This document shows, piece by piece, positions 47,438 to 60,500 of a stretch of DNA of 64,000 nucleotides. The position numbers and the translations under genes are program-made. The first letter of the stretch is position 1; every line of letters begins with the position of its first letter. This DNA comes from Podarcis pityusensis (lineage: Eukaryota), in assembly GCA_964106645.2 (NCBI GenBank), contig OZ067043.1; one strand, given 5' to 3'. The notes under the pieces were generated by a model. It was not told the DNA's origin. It was given only the letters and a program-made list of their open reading frames with translations, and searched no databases.

Positions 47438-48674
47438 TAGGGACGGAGAAAGTTAATGCATGCTTCCTTTTAACATCTTGGATGAAGAACTGGATAATAA
47501 GCTCATCCGTTGGGCATTCTTGTTCTCTAGTCATTCTGCTCCTTGTCCCTATTTCGAAAGGCAGGTACCATTGTAAGATACGAAGATAAGAAGTGTTGCT
47601 GGTGGAGCGTGAGAAGCTTAAGGCCAGTCCTCCCACCTCCTTGAGCCTGAAAATGGTGTGTCCTGCCTGAGGCAGTTCACAGAGTGAAAGTGAGCAGCAC
47701 AGCACAAAAGAAGTTTGGGAACTTGCTGCGAAAGCTCTTTGCTGTCTGTTTGCTTTAATTGTTAATTGGCTCAGGGAGTAACCCTCCCTTCCCGTCTATC
47801 ATTAAAGCCAACAGAGGCGGGACACCATCTGTGTCTCTTTCAGCAGAGGGACAAGGATTGGGCTGGGCCTGGACAAAGCAGGCTGGCAGTTCCATCAGCA
47901 GCCCAAGAGTCTCAGACTCAGTAGAGACGATTTAGTGGAAGGAGCAAAAAAACAAATGGGTGGTTTCTACTGAGCGGAAGGAAAACACAGGAGGGGCTTC
48001 CTGACAGACACAACTTGAGCTTAGCCCTTGTTCTGTTCTGTTGTTCCCATCAAAACAAAAGAAAACCTTTGAACACAAAATGGCAAATTCTACAAAAGAA
48101 TAAACTCAAGCTAGTCAACAAATTCACCTAACGTGTGCTAAATCCGAGGTATATTCAGCGTCAGGTGGAACCTTCTTACTTGATCAGCTCTTGCTAAGAG
48201 CTTTTAGAATGGTAAATTTTGTCTGCTGTTCTTACTGTCAGCCTCACTGCTACTTGTTTTAGTATTTTTGTGGTTTCTACGTGCTCTGATATTATGTGAA
48301 TTTTGTTAACATCACCCTTGGAGACTCTGGGCTGAAAAGCAGCCTATTATATTTTTTAAAGTAATAATAATAATAAATATAATCTTCTGACTGTGCAAAT
48401 TTCCTTTCTTCCTTTAACAATTGTAGTGGGTAAAGTGTCCTTCCTTTCTCTGGCACTGGCCTCTGGTATTAAAAAATATTTCTAAAATAAGCAAACAGGC
48501 ATTATTTCCTATAATTTCCTATATATTTCCTTTTAGAAGACATCTGAAGGCAGCCCTATTTAGGGAAGCTTTTAATGTTTGATGCACTATTGTATTTTAA
48601 TATTTTGTTGGAAGCCAACCAGAGTGGCTGGGGAAACCCAGCCAGATGGGTGGGGTATAAATAATAAATTTTAA

Positions 48675-48676
<2 letters not shown>

Positions 48677-48722
<46 letters not shown>

Positions 48723-48738
48723 TTATTTTTATTATTAT
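48677..48738. repeat. (TAT)n microsatellite (L2 tail)
   Basis: Seen directly, follows an L2 3' end. Confidence 0.9.
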
Positions 48739-50370
48739 TGCAAGGCTCCTTCCTCCCTGACTACCACCATGGTCCCTCGCTTGTCTTCATTACAGGTGCC
48801 CAGCTTTTGGGGCAGGATTAAAGCTACAGCAACCAAAGCAGTTTGGGAGGAAAAGCACTCTGAGAATCTTAAACCTATCTCCAGCCTGAGTGATGTTGCA
48901 TTTCCTCCAGCATCTATGTTAATCTCATTTTAAATGAAGTCTCCAACTGAGCAGCACATGGAGCACCTATAGCTCAGTGGTGCAGCCATTTCATGCATTT
49001 CCAATTAAAAGGCTCTTGGGGAACAGGGAACAGAAGACACTTCTGCCTGTGATTCTAGAGAGCTGTTGCCACTGAAAAGAGAGAATGCTGTGTCAGATCA
49101 GGGGCAGACTTTGGTAGTATGATGTCCTGAGCAAAAGCAAAATTTAGTGCCTCCTCCAGTATTTCTCTCCCCTCCCTCGCCTTCTGTTCTGCGCATGCTC
49201 TCAAGTGCACTATGTCATAGTTGTGGCAACTCAATTGCCTGTCTGACCAGGGCTTAACTGTGAGTAGGCAACCAAATAAATACAGGTATTAGTAACACTG
49301 CTATTTTGCAACCATTCAGCTCAACGCCCTGTGTCGGGAAACTGCCTGCACCGATCTAGATCTGGCACTGATTAGATGAACCAATTATACAAATCAGCTT
49401 CCTATGTTCTCTGCAGAAAGGAAAGTAGAACGTGCTTAAATAAATCAAGCTGCATTTCTGCTAGATGGCGTCTTTTGGCCATGATTTTACAATGCCATGA
49501 ACAGGTGTACGCAGCCAAACTTTGGCTTACTCTGCTTTCCTGTTCAAAATACCATGCTAGCTCTTATTTCCCCCTGAAGGAAGAATGGGATGGCAGTGAG
49601 GCAGAAGACAAAGGGGCAAAATATGTTCCCCTTTGAAGACACATTTCTTCAGGAAAGGCTGTAGAACGGATGCAGTGTTGGGACAGAAAAAGTACTGATA
49701 CCAGATCAGTCTAAAATATTTGATAAGTCACCTTCCATTCACAAAGGATCAGGGTTTCACAAGTGCCATTAGCAACCACCAATCTCTTCCTGATGACTTG
49801 TGAAAAAGGACAGCAGCCATGACCCTCCCTCCCACAGAGAACTTGGAAGTTGTGAGGGAGTCTCTCGCTTCATAATAGGGACTACAAGTCCCATCATCCC
49901 TGACCATTGGTCCTGCTAGCTGATGGGAGATGTAGTCCAACAACAGCTGGGAACCCAAGTTTGAGGAAAAACTGTAGGGCCTTCCCCTTCCCCGAGTCCT
50001 CCAGCACAGGTACAGGATCTGAGTGAAGTAATCAATCAGGATCGCATCTTGTGACAAGGTAAGATCTTCTCAGAAGCAGTTAGATTCCATCTGGCTAGTT
50101 CTAAGTGTCTCCAAAGCATGGTGTGATGTGAGTGAATAGCCTGCCCTTTGCAGAAGATTCCACAGCTGTTTACGTCAGGCTTTATGAGTAGCCAGGAGCA
50201 GTGGAAGTCTCTCACTGCTTCTGTCAACTCCAATACCTGCATGAGATTAGGGAACTATCCCTCCCTGCTCTTTGGAAGGCTGGGCTTGTTCATCCACCTT
50301 GTGCTATGCTTGGGAGACATTTGGAAGTGCTGCTTCTAAGTCTCCTACCTTACATAAACAAAGAGAACTA

Positions 50371-50610
50371 CAGTGGTACCTCTGGATGCGAACGGGACCC
50401 GGTCCGGAGCCCCGTTCGCATCCTGAAGCGAACGCAACCCGCATGTGCTCAGGTCGCGTTTCGTTGCTTCCGCGTGTGACGTCATTTTGAGCGTCTGCGC
50501 ATGCGCGAGTGGTGAAACCCGGAAGTAACACGCTCCATTACTTCTGGGTCGCCGTGGAGCGCAACCCAAAAATATTCATCCCAAAGCATATTTAACCCAA
50601 GGTATGACTG
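50371..50610. mobile_element. Tigger-like MITE
   Basis: Same family as 44165-44440. Confidence 0.8.
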
Positions 50611-50649
50611 TACGAGAGAACTTGAGGGAAGGGAATCATGCCAAGTTAG

Positions 50650-51008
50650 TAAAGGTAAAGGTAAAGGGACCCCTGACCGTTAGGTCCAGTCGTGGCCAAC
50701 TCTGGGGTTGCGGCGCTCATCTCGCTTTATTGGCCGAGGGAGCCGGCGTACAGCTTCCGGGTCATGTGGCCGGCATGACTAAGCCACTTCTGGTGAACCA
50801 AAGCAGCACACGGAAACGCCGTTTACCTTCACGCTGGAGCGGTACCTATTTATCTACTTGCACTTTGACGTGCTTTCGAACTGCTAGGTTGGCAGGAGCT
50901 GGGACCGAGCAACAGGAGCTCACCCCGTCGCAGGGATTCAAACCGCCGACCTTCTGATCGGCAAGCCCTAGGCTCTGTGGTTCAACCCACAGCGCCACCC
51001 GCGTCCCA
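50650..51008 (+). mobile_element. Sauria SINE
   Basis: Full-length copy; flanking direct repeat catgccaagt. Confidence 0.9.
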
Positions 51009-51412
51009 TGCCAAGTAATTACCGGATACTAAACCCTCTGGTCCAAGATACTCCCAATGCATCTACTGGTGAAAAACTCCTAAGACGGATCGAGTGTTCT
51101 TTTTTTTGGGGGGGGGGAGTTCAAACAAAACCCCCAAATATTTCCTATTGAGTTATTCTTAAATTCAACCTGTATAGGTAAACACAGTGAAATTTCAGGG
51201 CAACTCCGACCTAGACCTTGAATATGTTCTATATAAATAACAGAAACTGGGAATCAATCCCACTTGGTTGAGTTAACTCCTTTCCATGTACTGAACCAAT
51301 AGTTTAACAGAGCTGGGAGAATTCCAAGTAGCCACTAATGCACAACCCTCCATCTGTGTCCAGTGCCAACTACAAGCAGGAGCCAAAGGCCTTCTGGAGG
51401 TCACCCTCTTCT

Positions 51413-51501
51413 TCAGCGTTTGGGCTTGGGGAATTTCTTCGTTCGTGGCTTAGGAGTGCTGGGCTGTGAAGGTGATTCAGTTTGCTCCTTAACGACAACT
51501 T
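51413..51501 (-). CDS. AXDND1: AXDND1 last coding exon
   Basis: ttgcag/EVVVKEQTESPSQPSTPKPRTKKFPKPKR*, phase 1. Confidence 0.75.
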
Positions 51502-54500
51502 CTGCAACGACAGATGAACAGCAAGAAGCACTTAAACACTGACATTGTCAACACCTAGACAATATGAGAACCAGTAGCTCAGAGAAACCTCATACTCTAC
51601 TCTGCGACCAGTCCAGGTTTCAGCCCAAGCATAGCCTTGAGGGAATCAAGACCAAACCCAGCTGCCCAGAGAATGGTTATGAACAGCATATGCATCCACA
51701 AACCCATGTTTGTCATGTCCATACTTCATAAGTATACCTGTTCTCAGTGAGAACCTCATCCATAATGGGAATATTCCAACAGAGCATTATGTGCTCAACC
51801 CCACTTATTTCAATGATCTAAGACACACCGATCTCTGACATGTACACAGTACTTTGTTCAAAGTAAATCAACAATCCTGATACGATCAGTATCACGCTGC
51901 AGATGAGCAGCTTAGGCTGATAAACGCTTGCTCGGACCACCAACTGGGTTAGGTAAGAGTTCAACTAGGGACTTCCCTGCTCACATTCTTAGCCAGTGCA
52001 ATGCAGTTTGCTTCTTCAGCTCCCTGGGTTGGTTCATAACATGCATCTTCATTACTTCATGACTGCAGCATCAAGTGAATTATGACATGTGAATTATGAC
52101 ATTATTAAGCAATGAAGAACTTTCCTTTCACCCCACAACACACTGCTTTTCAACAGAAACATCACCTATTCAGGCCAGAGCTACACATGTAGCAGATTGA
52201 GGATGCATAATGGGTTGTGCCACTTCAGCAATGCAGATGGAAGAATGGTCTTCTTCTTTGGCGATCACTCGTAGCTGAGTAAGATTGTCTTCCATGAACA
52301 CGGTCTCAACAGTGAGTCCGTAAATGACTGTGGAGGCCAATTCTGGACCCACATGTCCTTCCACAGTGGGGACATTGGTTTCCAGGCGGGAGTTGATCAC
52401 AGTGGATTTGCCAAGCGTGCCTTCCTTTTAGCACGTTTCTCCCTTGTGTCCTGAGTTCGAGTGTCTTCAAAGCCCAGGACACCTTTGGTAAAGGCTGTTC
52501 TCCAATTGGAGCGCTCACAGGCAAGTGTTTCCCATTTGTTAGTGTTTATAATACATTTTTAAAGCTTTGCTTTGAGACAGTCTTTAAACCTCTTTTGTTG
52601 ACCACCAGCATTACGCTTCCTATTTTTAAGTTTGGAATAGGTTTCTGAAAGTGGAAACCTAACACACCAGGGAGAAAAGTTCTAGATTAGTCCATTCCCT
52701 GCTGTGCTAACATTCTACTTACTTTATAATAAAGAACAACCAAAAAGGTGATTTTCCTGGCTGCTGTCTGTAGTGGCACAGTCCAGTCTACTACCTCACC
52801 CTCCTGGGCAGACCAGGTGACAGCTGCCAGTCATCAAGAACAGATAAATCAAGAACAGATAAATCAAGCAACTGATACACAGGTGTGAACTAGGCCTCTG
52901 TTTGTTGCCCGTGTGGAAAGGATTCCCCTATCAGACTCAGGAGGTGGACTGGGCAAGTCAGCTAATTCTCACGTTACCATTTTTAAATGGAGAAATAAAC
53001 AGCCTGCTGTTATTGAGGGGGCGGGAATGAAAAGACCTTCAATCAGCAAACCATCTCTCTCCCCAGCCTGCCTTAGGTACAGCCTATCATTTTGATTCTT
53101 GCAACCTTCAGGGAGTAGTAATGATGGGGAAGTGGCTACACATATTTACTTACTAAGAGCAGAAACAAAGGAACAGAAAGGCATCTGGTACAACTTTTGC
53201 AGTAACATTCCATTTCTGACTACGGGTGGAGAGGGGGGAAGATGGTGGGTTGTATCCAAAGTAGTGCCAAGCCAAGCATTCTGCCAGAGCCTGCCCTCTA
53301 GTTCCCCCCAACCTTCCAGAGCAGATGTGGGGATGTCAAGGGGAGGAGGAACCCCATTGCGCTAGCACAACGTATTTAGCACAACCTGTATCTGGGAATG
53401 CTCTCCGCTCTCCTCCAAAAGCACACTTCCTGTACATTTTTTCCCATTGTGTGGTAGGCAGCATGGAAATACAATACACGTAGTCTGAAATGGCACAGCT
53501 CAGCAAGACGTGCAACATGTGACTTCCCTATGCCTGTTTTGTCTATTTTGAGCCATTTCGCAGCAGCAGCAGCAGCATACTCAATCATACCACCCAAATG
53601 TATGCTTGAAAGTGCAGCCAATCCTGGTTCTCCGACACATTTGTACTTTGAACACACGTGAGCCTGCAAACCAGTTTATCACATTCACATTTTATGTTTT
53701 CAAACGTACGCCTAAACGTGTGGTGCATGAAATTGCCCTTAAAATTCAAGAGCATTTTTTTAGAGCCTACAATTCCACCTTTCAAGTCTTTAGCCATACC
53801 TGCTTTGAGTTTTGTTTCTTTTTGTTCAGAATCCTTCAGCTTTGGTTGCTCACCCTCCATGTTCTGGATTTTTGCCAGAGCTTCTTCCAAGCCCTCATGA
53901 AGGACTTCAGATTTTTCCTCAGCTTGCTGTGCTCGCTTTTCAGCCTCTCTGAAAGAGTAGGTGTCAGAAAGAACTCATAGCCCTGACCAGGCAAGAAACC
54001 AATTAAACTAATTTGATTTACTCTAGCTGGTCGCTTCCTACTGTGAAAAATACATTTTCTCTTGCTTCTTCATTCCCCAAAAATGTTCCTAACGGCCAAT
54101 ATTACTGCAACCTATGTAAGAATCCACACCTGATTACTACATTGCAAGTCTATAAAACCTACAGGAGAATCTATTCCTAGCACTGCAAAACCACATGAGA
54201 ACTCACATATCACTAAAGGTAAAGGTAAAGGACCCCTGATAGTTAAGTCCAGTCACGAATGACTCTGGGGTTGTGGCGCTCATCTCGCTTTACTGGCCAA
54301 GGGAGCCGACGTTTGTCTGCTGACAGTTTTTCTGGGTAATGTGGCCAGCATGACTAAGCCGCTTCTGGCGAAACCAGAGCAGCGCATGGAAACACTGTCT
54401 ACCTTCCCGCCGAAGCGGTACCTATTTATCTACTTGCACTTTGATGTGCTTTCGAACTGCTAGGTTGGCAGGAGCTGGGACAGAAACAGGAGCTCACTCC

Positions 54501-57500
54501 ATTGAGGGGATTCGAACCGCCGACCTCCCGATCGGCAAGCCCAAGAGGCTCAGTGGTTTAGACCACAGCGCCACCTGCGTCCTATTTTTGTTTAAAAATG
54601 GAATGTGTTGTGGCAGAATAGACACCTGCAATCACATAGGCCACCTGTTCAAGATACCCTCTAGTCTCTAGTCTGCACAAGAATGCACACATCCATCCAT
54701 CTCTTCCCTGTGGTTCTATACTCACACGAGTCGCTCTTCCAGAATTTCCAGTGACGCCAGCAACTCAAATTCCTTCTTTGAGGCCTTTGTGGTCCACTGG
54801 CTGGCATGCAGCTCCCTCTGGAATAAGAAGAGTGAGTAACTTATAGGAAATGAAAGGAAATAAATCAACAGGCTACTTTCTGTCTCAGAACTGGCATACA
54901 GAAGTCCCTGGCTCAAATCTTGCCTCAGCTATGAGCACACTAGGTAGCCTTAGACAAGTGATGCTCACTCATCCCTTACATCTTCAGGGGATAAAAATTC
55001 TGGCCTACTTTACAGGGTCATTGCACTGTTTTATTTACAGAGGCACAGAGTTGGAAGCTGCCATTACTCTGCCTCTGAGAGGAAAAGGTTTATCAGGGCA
55101 CAATTGCCTGAGAATATCTCCTGTAAAAACCCCATAACGGTGTTCATGCACCACTGCCGTTCTTTTCAATGGGGCCATTGCAGGAGAACTTCCCAGATCT
55201 ATTTTCCTGCTGTAATAGTGTGTTGTAGTGGCCATAGAGTTGGGCCAGTCACTGCCTCTCTCAGCCTAATATGCCTCATAGGGGTTTTGTGGGGATTAAA
55301 TGAGGAGGGGGAGAACCATCTATGCCACCTTGAGCTCCTTGGAGAAAAATGGTGGGATATACTGGTCTACTACCATTAGGATCGCAATATTGTCATGAGA
55401 GCGCTTGGACTAAAATTGTCAACCGAAAGCTCTACTTTTCTGGTTTATCACCACAACAGTTATTAACATTTGGCTTCAGTAAAGCAAATAATTTAATTAG
55501 ACAGTGCCTATATGACACTGAGCAACAGAATAATCTGGCCAAAATAAGGAACTTTTGTCCATGGTATGATTATTTTCCACCTAGTCACTTTGGCACCCTA
55601 TTTGCAAAATGTAACAATTTCAAAATACAGGCACGCTTTCACTTTCGCAAGATTGAATATACTGCCTTCGGCTGTACTCGAGGGTCAATTTCAAAAAAAT
55701 CCACTGGAAAAATGGTTATGTCCCTGTGGAGATGGCAGTATTGAGTCAGTGGTTCATGTGCTTCTGGCTTGCAAACTTTATAAAGATTTGAGGAGTGAGG
55801 CTATTACCCCTCTATTACTGTCCATGCCAGGTCACTCAACCATTGCTAGTGTGTCCTTTCTTTTAGCAGATCAAGATGATCAGGTGACAGCAAAAACTGC
55901 AGGGTTTTTAGAGGGGACAATTAGAATAAGATCTATTATTTGATTATTGATGTAAACCCCCAAATGTATTTTCTACAGTTAAGTTTTTACCTCTATCTTC
56001 AGTGCATTTTATTTGATTTTATTGCTATGGCTCGTGGCTGATGCAAATAACGATTCTTCTGCTGCAAGGTGGGATATAAATAACTAACACTGAGAACCTG
56101 TCCTCTAAAGCAGCTGCCACACCTTCTTCCAAATAGACACACCTCTTCGGAGAAGAGCTATCTATTTATATGTACATACATACCCGTGACACTGTGATTT
56201 CTTGCACTTGCATGGTTTTGACATACACATTAGAATCATCTCCAATGTATCTGACTGGGTAAGTGACCGCAAGACTCTCGGCCTGCTCACCAGTGCTGGT
56301 GCTGGGCACGGGCAGCTGTTCCTGCAAGGACAAAGAGAAGGAGCAAGGGGAAAGGGAAGGACCACACAATGCAATGGTTGTTTCCTCATCATCAAGGAAA
56401 CTGCGCACAGAAGAGACTCAGATAGTGTATGGAAGGATCATGATGATCAACGCCAGTCCTTTTTCCCCCTGGGGGTACTCGACAGTATGCAGTACCGGCG
56501 CCTTTTTAATGGATATGTTAAAAGTGTGGCACTTAACTGTAACAACTTCGCGGTGAGTGCCGGCACCATTTTTTCTAGAAAAAAAGCTCTGATCAACACA
56601 ATCTTCAATTATTTTCATATTCTACATAAGGCTACGCTGTCAATTGTGGTTCAGGAGCTCCTGGAGTCAGTGTTCACAGCCGTGGCGGAGGAACCCTCTC
56701 TGGCACCAGGGGCAGGGCAGCCCGTACGAAGTGCGCATGTGCGGCATCCTGTACGGACTGCGCATGTGCGGTATCCCACACGTGCGCACTCCGTACAGGC
56801 TGCCGCTTACACGGTGACCGTATGGGTTGCCGCACAAGTGGCATCCCAGAGTGTGCATGTGTGGTAGCGCGTACGGACACCATGCAAGCAGCATCCTGTA
56901 CAGACTGCACATGTGCGGTGACCATACGGGATGCCGCACATGCGCAGTCTGTACGGGCTGCCACTTGCACGCGGCGTCCATATTGGCTGCTGCTTGCACG
57001 GCGACCGTACAGGCTGCTGCACAAGCAGCATTCCGTACAGAGTGCGCACGTGCGGCAGCCCATACGGACACCCGTACAGATGGCACGTGAGAGTGGCAGC
57101 CCATACAGATGCTGTGCAAGCAGCGCCCATATGGACTGCGCGCGCCCTTGGCCACTCTACAGCCGGGGGGAGGCAGGGGCCATCTTGTCACCCGCCCCTC
57201 CCGCCCCCCCTTCCTATGTCCCTGGTTCACAGACCATGCATGAATTCTGGGGCTGATTCTCTGCTGCTGGAGAATCGGAAGCGTATACACTCTTGGCTTA
57301 TCCACTTTCCATATTTAAACATGGTCAACCACCCTTGAAAAGAGAATCCTCAGCACTTCATCAAACTACAATTCCCAGGATGCTTTGCAAGAAAGCTAAG
57401 AAGGATAAAGTGGTATACAACTTTGTAGCATAAAGTTTCTGACTCAAGCAGACACTTTATGACCAACAGCTGGAGAAAGGGGGTGCCTTTCCTTTGTGAA

Positions 57501-60500
57501 GTTTGCTTTTGCTGCATTGCCCACAGTCCTGCCTATGTTCTGCACCAGAAGAAACCAGAATCCAGAATCTGTAGCAAGGAATTCTCAGTTCAGTGACCAG
57601 TATTTACTGGCATCAAATTCCAATTCCTCAGATTTTTCAAAGCTTCTGCAATTTTTCAGGAAGTGATCAAAGAGGGAGGTGTTGGATGTATGATCAGAAC
57701 AGCAAGACATTTAAGTCACAGAAGGGGAGAACGCAAAGCATTAAATGGGCAGTTCATACATATCCATCAATGTGATGCAGCCAACGAATACCCCATTGCT
57801 CCTGATAATATGTAAAGGAAGCTTATCACACGGGACGTAGTTGTAAGAAAAACAGCCACGTTGAAAGCCCCATCCATGCAATCTGCTCCCTTCACACTAC
57901 CAACCCAGGGGCCCAGCAGTGATGCCACTCCTGACACCATTAACAACTTCTCTGTGGCCTACTGGAAGTAGCTTTTCCAGGTAGCATCCACCATATGTTT
58001 CCAATCTCTTCTCCATAGTCATGAGGGATAGATATATATTTCTTCTGTTTGTAAACTGCAGGCTTCCCTTTTCATGATGTCAAAACTTCCACCAGATAGG
58101 AATAAACACACAGCCAGGAGCCCCAGCGAAAAAGAAAGAAGCCCTGAAAGAAGAGGGACAGCTTTCTGCATTTCCTAATGGAGATGCTCACCTCTGCTTC
58201 TAACACTTGCTTCTGTTCTGGTGCTTCCTGATCTTTTAGAACATCCACAGCTTCTTTGTCTTTTTTCTCTTCCTCCACAGGTACATCTGTGGTGGAGGAG
58301 CTCTCCACTCTCTGCTCCGGACGAGGAGGAAGCTGTCGTTTCAGCTGAAGCACCTGCAAAATGGTTGCAAGTGAAATTCTCCTTCTGAGATATCGCCCTG
58401 CGCCAGAAGAGAGGTGGAGGGCAGGGGAGCAGAGGGAGAAAAAGTCCCCACCACCACCAGTCACACCAAAGGTTATTTCTGCCAGTACCTCTAATCCAAA
58501 CAGGCCAACCAGGTCTTCGTGGCTGATTAAAGTGGTGGGAGTGGTCTTCATCCCAGACAGGAGGAGGTTGCAGGTTTCAATCCAATCCAAGCACTCTGTC
58601 TGGAAAAAGAGAGAGCGAAAGAAGCAACCAATCACCAAAAGGGAAATACAGTGGTACCTCGGGTTACAGACGCTTCAGGTTACAGATGCTTCAGGTTACA
58701 GACTCCGCTAACCCAGAAATAGTACCTCGGGTTAAGAACTTTGCTTCAGGATGAGAACAGAAATTGTGCAGCAGCGGCAGCGGGAGGCCCCATTAGCTAA
58801 AGTGGTGCTTCAGGTTAAGAACAGTTTCAGCTTAAGAACGGATCTCCAGAACGAATTAAGTTCCTAACCCGAGGTACCACTGTAAAAACAATTGCCCTGT
58901 GGTGCTCTTCCAGAGGGCTCAAACAGAGTTGCTTATGCTGAACTATGCTTAGAGGAATCACTTCTAAACTTCTGAAGTTGTACAGTGTTTTGCTTAGCAT
59001 ATGGCTCTCCATTTCAGTTCCCAACCCAAATGGGCAGCAGGTGGAGCTGGACTTAGTAGGGGGCCAAGGATTTTTGAGAGGTCCACCATTAATCCCAGCC
59101 ATTATCTTCCCTGCAAATGCATACCGTGACCTGTCATTCACACCTGTACTTGGACTCTTCGTCATCATCGATAGGTCCATGTATTTGCTGCCTAGGGAGT
59201 AACAGCCTTTGGGTTGGAAAACCCTTGCCCTAATTGCAGGTGTGCTGTGGTTGCTTGTGTTTGTGTAACACCCACCAGTGAAAAACACTATTTCTTACAT
59301 TCTCAGTGGTACTGTTGTCATAAATGGAGATTATGAGGGATGACTATTAAAGGCCCGCTAAAACCTGAAGTCCCATTGGGCCAATGCCCTGCCCCTACCG
59401 CTATCACTATGCAACATCTCCTCCAGAGAGCCCCAGCATTCCAAAATCCCAATATCTCACCCAGGAATTCAGTCTTTGTGAATTCTGACATGAAATGCAC
59501 ATCTATCAGACTGATTTGATTACTAGAACCTATTTATTTGTTATATTTGTTTCCTGCCTTTCCACCAAATGAGGTTGGCTTTCACACAATATAGTTCAAT
59601 GCGACTTACCTCTGAGTAGACATAGTTAGGAGTTTAGCCTGTGCTCCTAAGACTCATTCCAACTTCCTTTTTGTTTGGAACCAGCTATTTCTCATATCAC
59701 AGGGCTTATGAATTTGCTGCCCTGAACTCCTTTGGGAGGAAGGGCAGGGTATAAATTCAATAAATAAATAATCCCATCTAGAACCCCCTTGCCTGAGAGC
59801 AAGCCTCACTGAACTCAATAGGACTTACTTCTGATAAGACAGGATTAGGCCTGCTCTGTTAGGCTTCTAATGCCAATGTGGGCACACTTCAATTCCCAGC
59901 ATGCAGTAGTAGCAGCAGATTGTATAAACACACAATATTGCACAAAAAAAGTTTGCACACTGCAGAAGACATGACTGGCAGGGATTAAAAGGCTTGGAGA
60001 AACTCCAGGTTATGGGAACTGTTTCATTAAGAAACAGTAGGTGCCTTGCGGAAGTGAAGTTGCAATTGCCTCACAGAGATTTACAGGGTAATCTCATGCA
60101 TGTTTATACAAAAGCAAATTCCACTGGGTTCAAAGGAGCTTGCACACGAGGAACGCAATCAAGTTTCTGTAATGTTATTACGTAACGTTCACAGCTTTGG
60201 AAAAAACAAACAGTGGTGTCAGTCAATGCTGCTTTCATTCACATGAAGTGAACCTGGTCCTGAAAATGAGAGAAGATGTGAAGAGCAGCAATTTTTGCAC
60301 CTGTTTCCGTTTCCATCGGAATCCTCCAACATCCCTAGTGATGTCACAAAAGCGACATGGGCCAAAGAGAGACACGATTGTCCCAACCCTACTTGAGACT
60401 TTCCGAACAACCCAGCCTCAGCCTACCTTCCCACTCAGCCTGAAGCGGCCCAGACCTTACTGCATGCCTTCAAACAGCCCACACTTCTCTTTTCCAATCT

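Noticed and set aside
56202-57338. Several long overlapping ORFs (107-221 aa)
   Set aside because: Arise from GC-rich repeats with few stops; no recognisable protein; one overlaps an AXDND1 exon antisense
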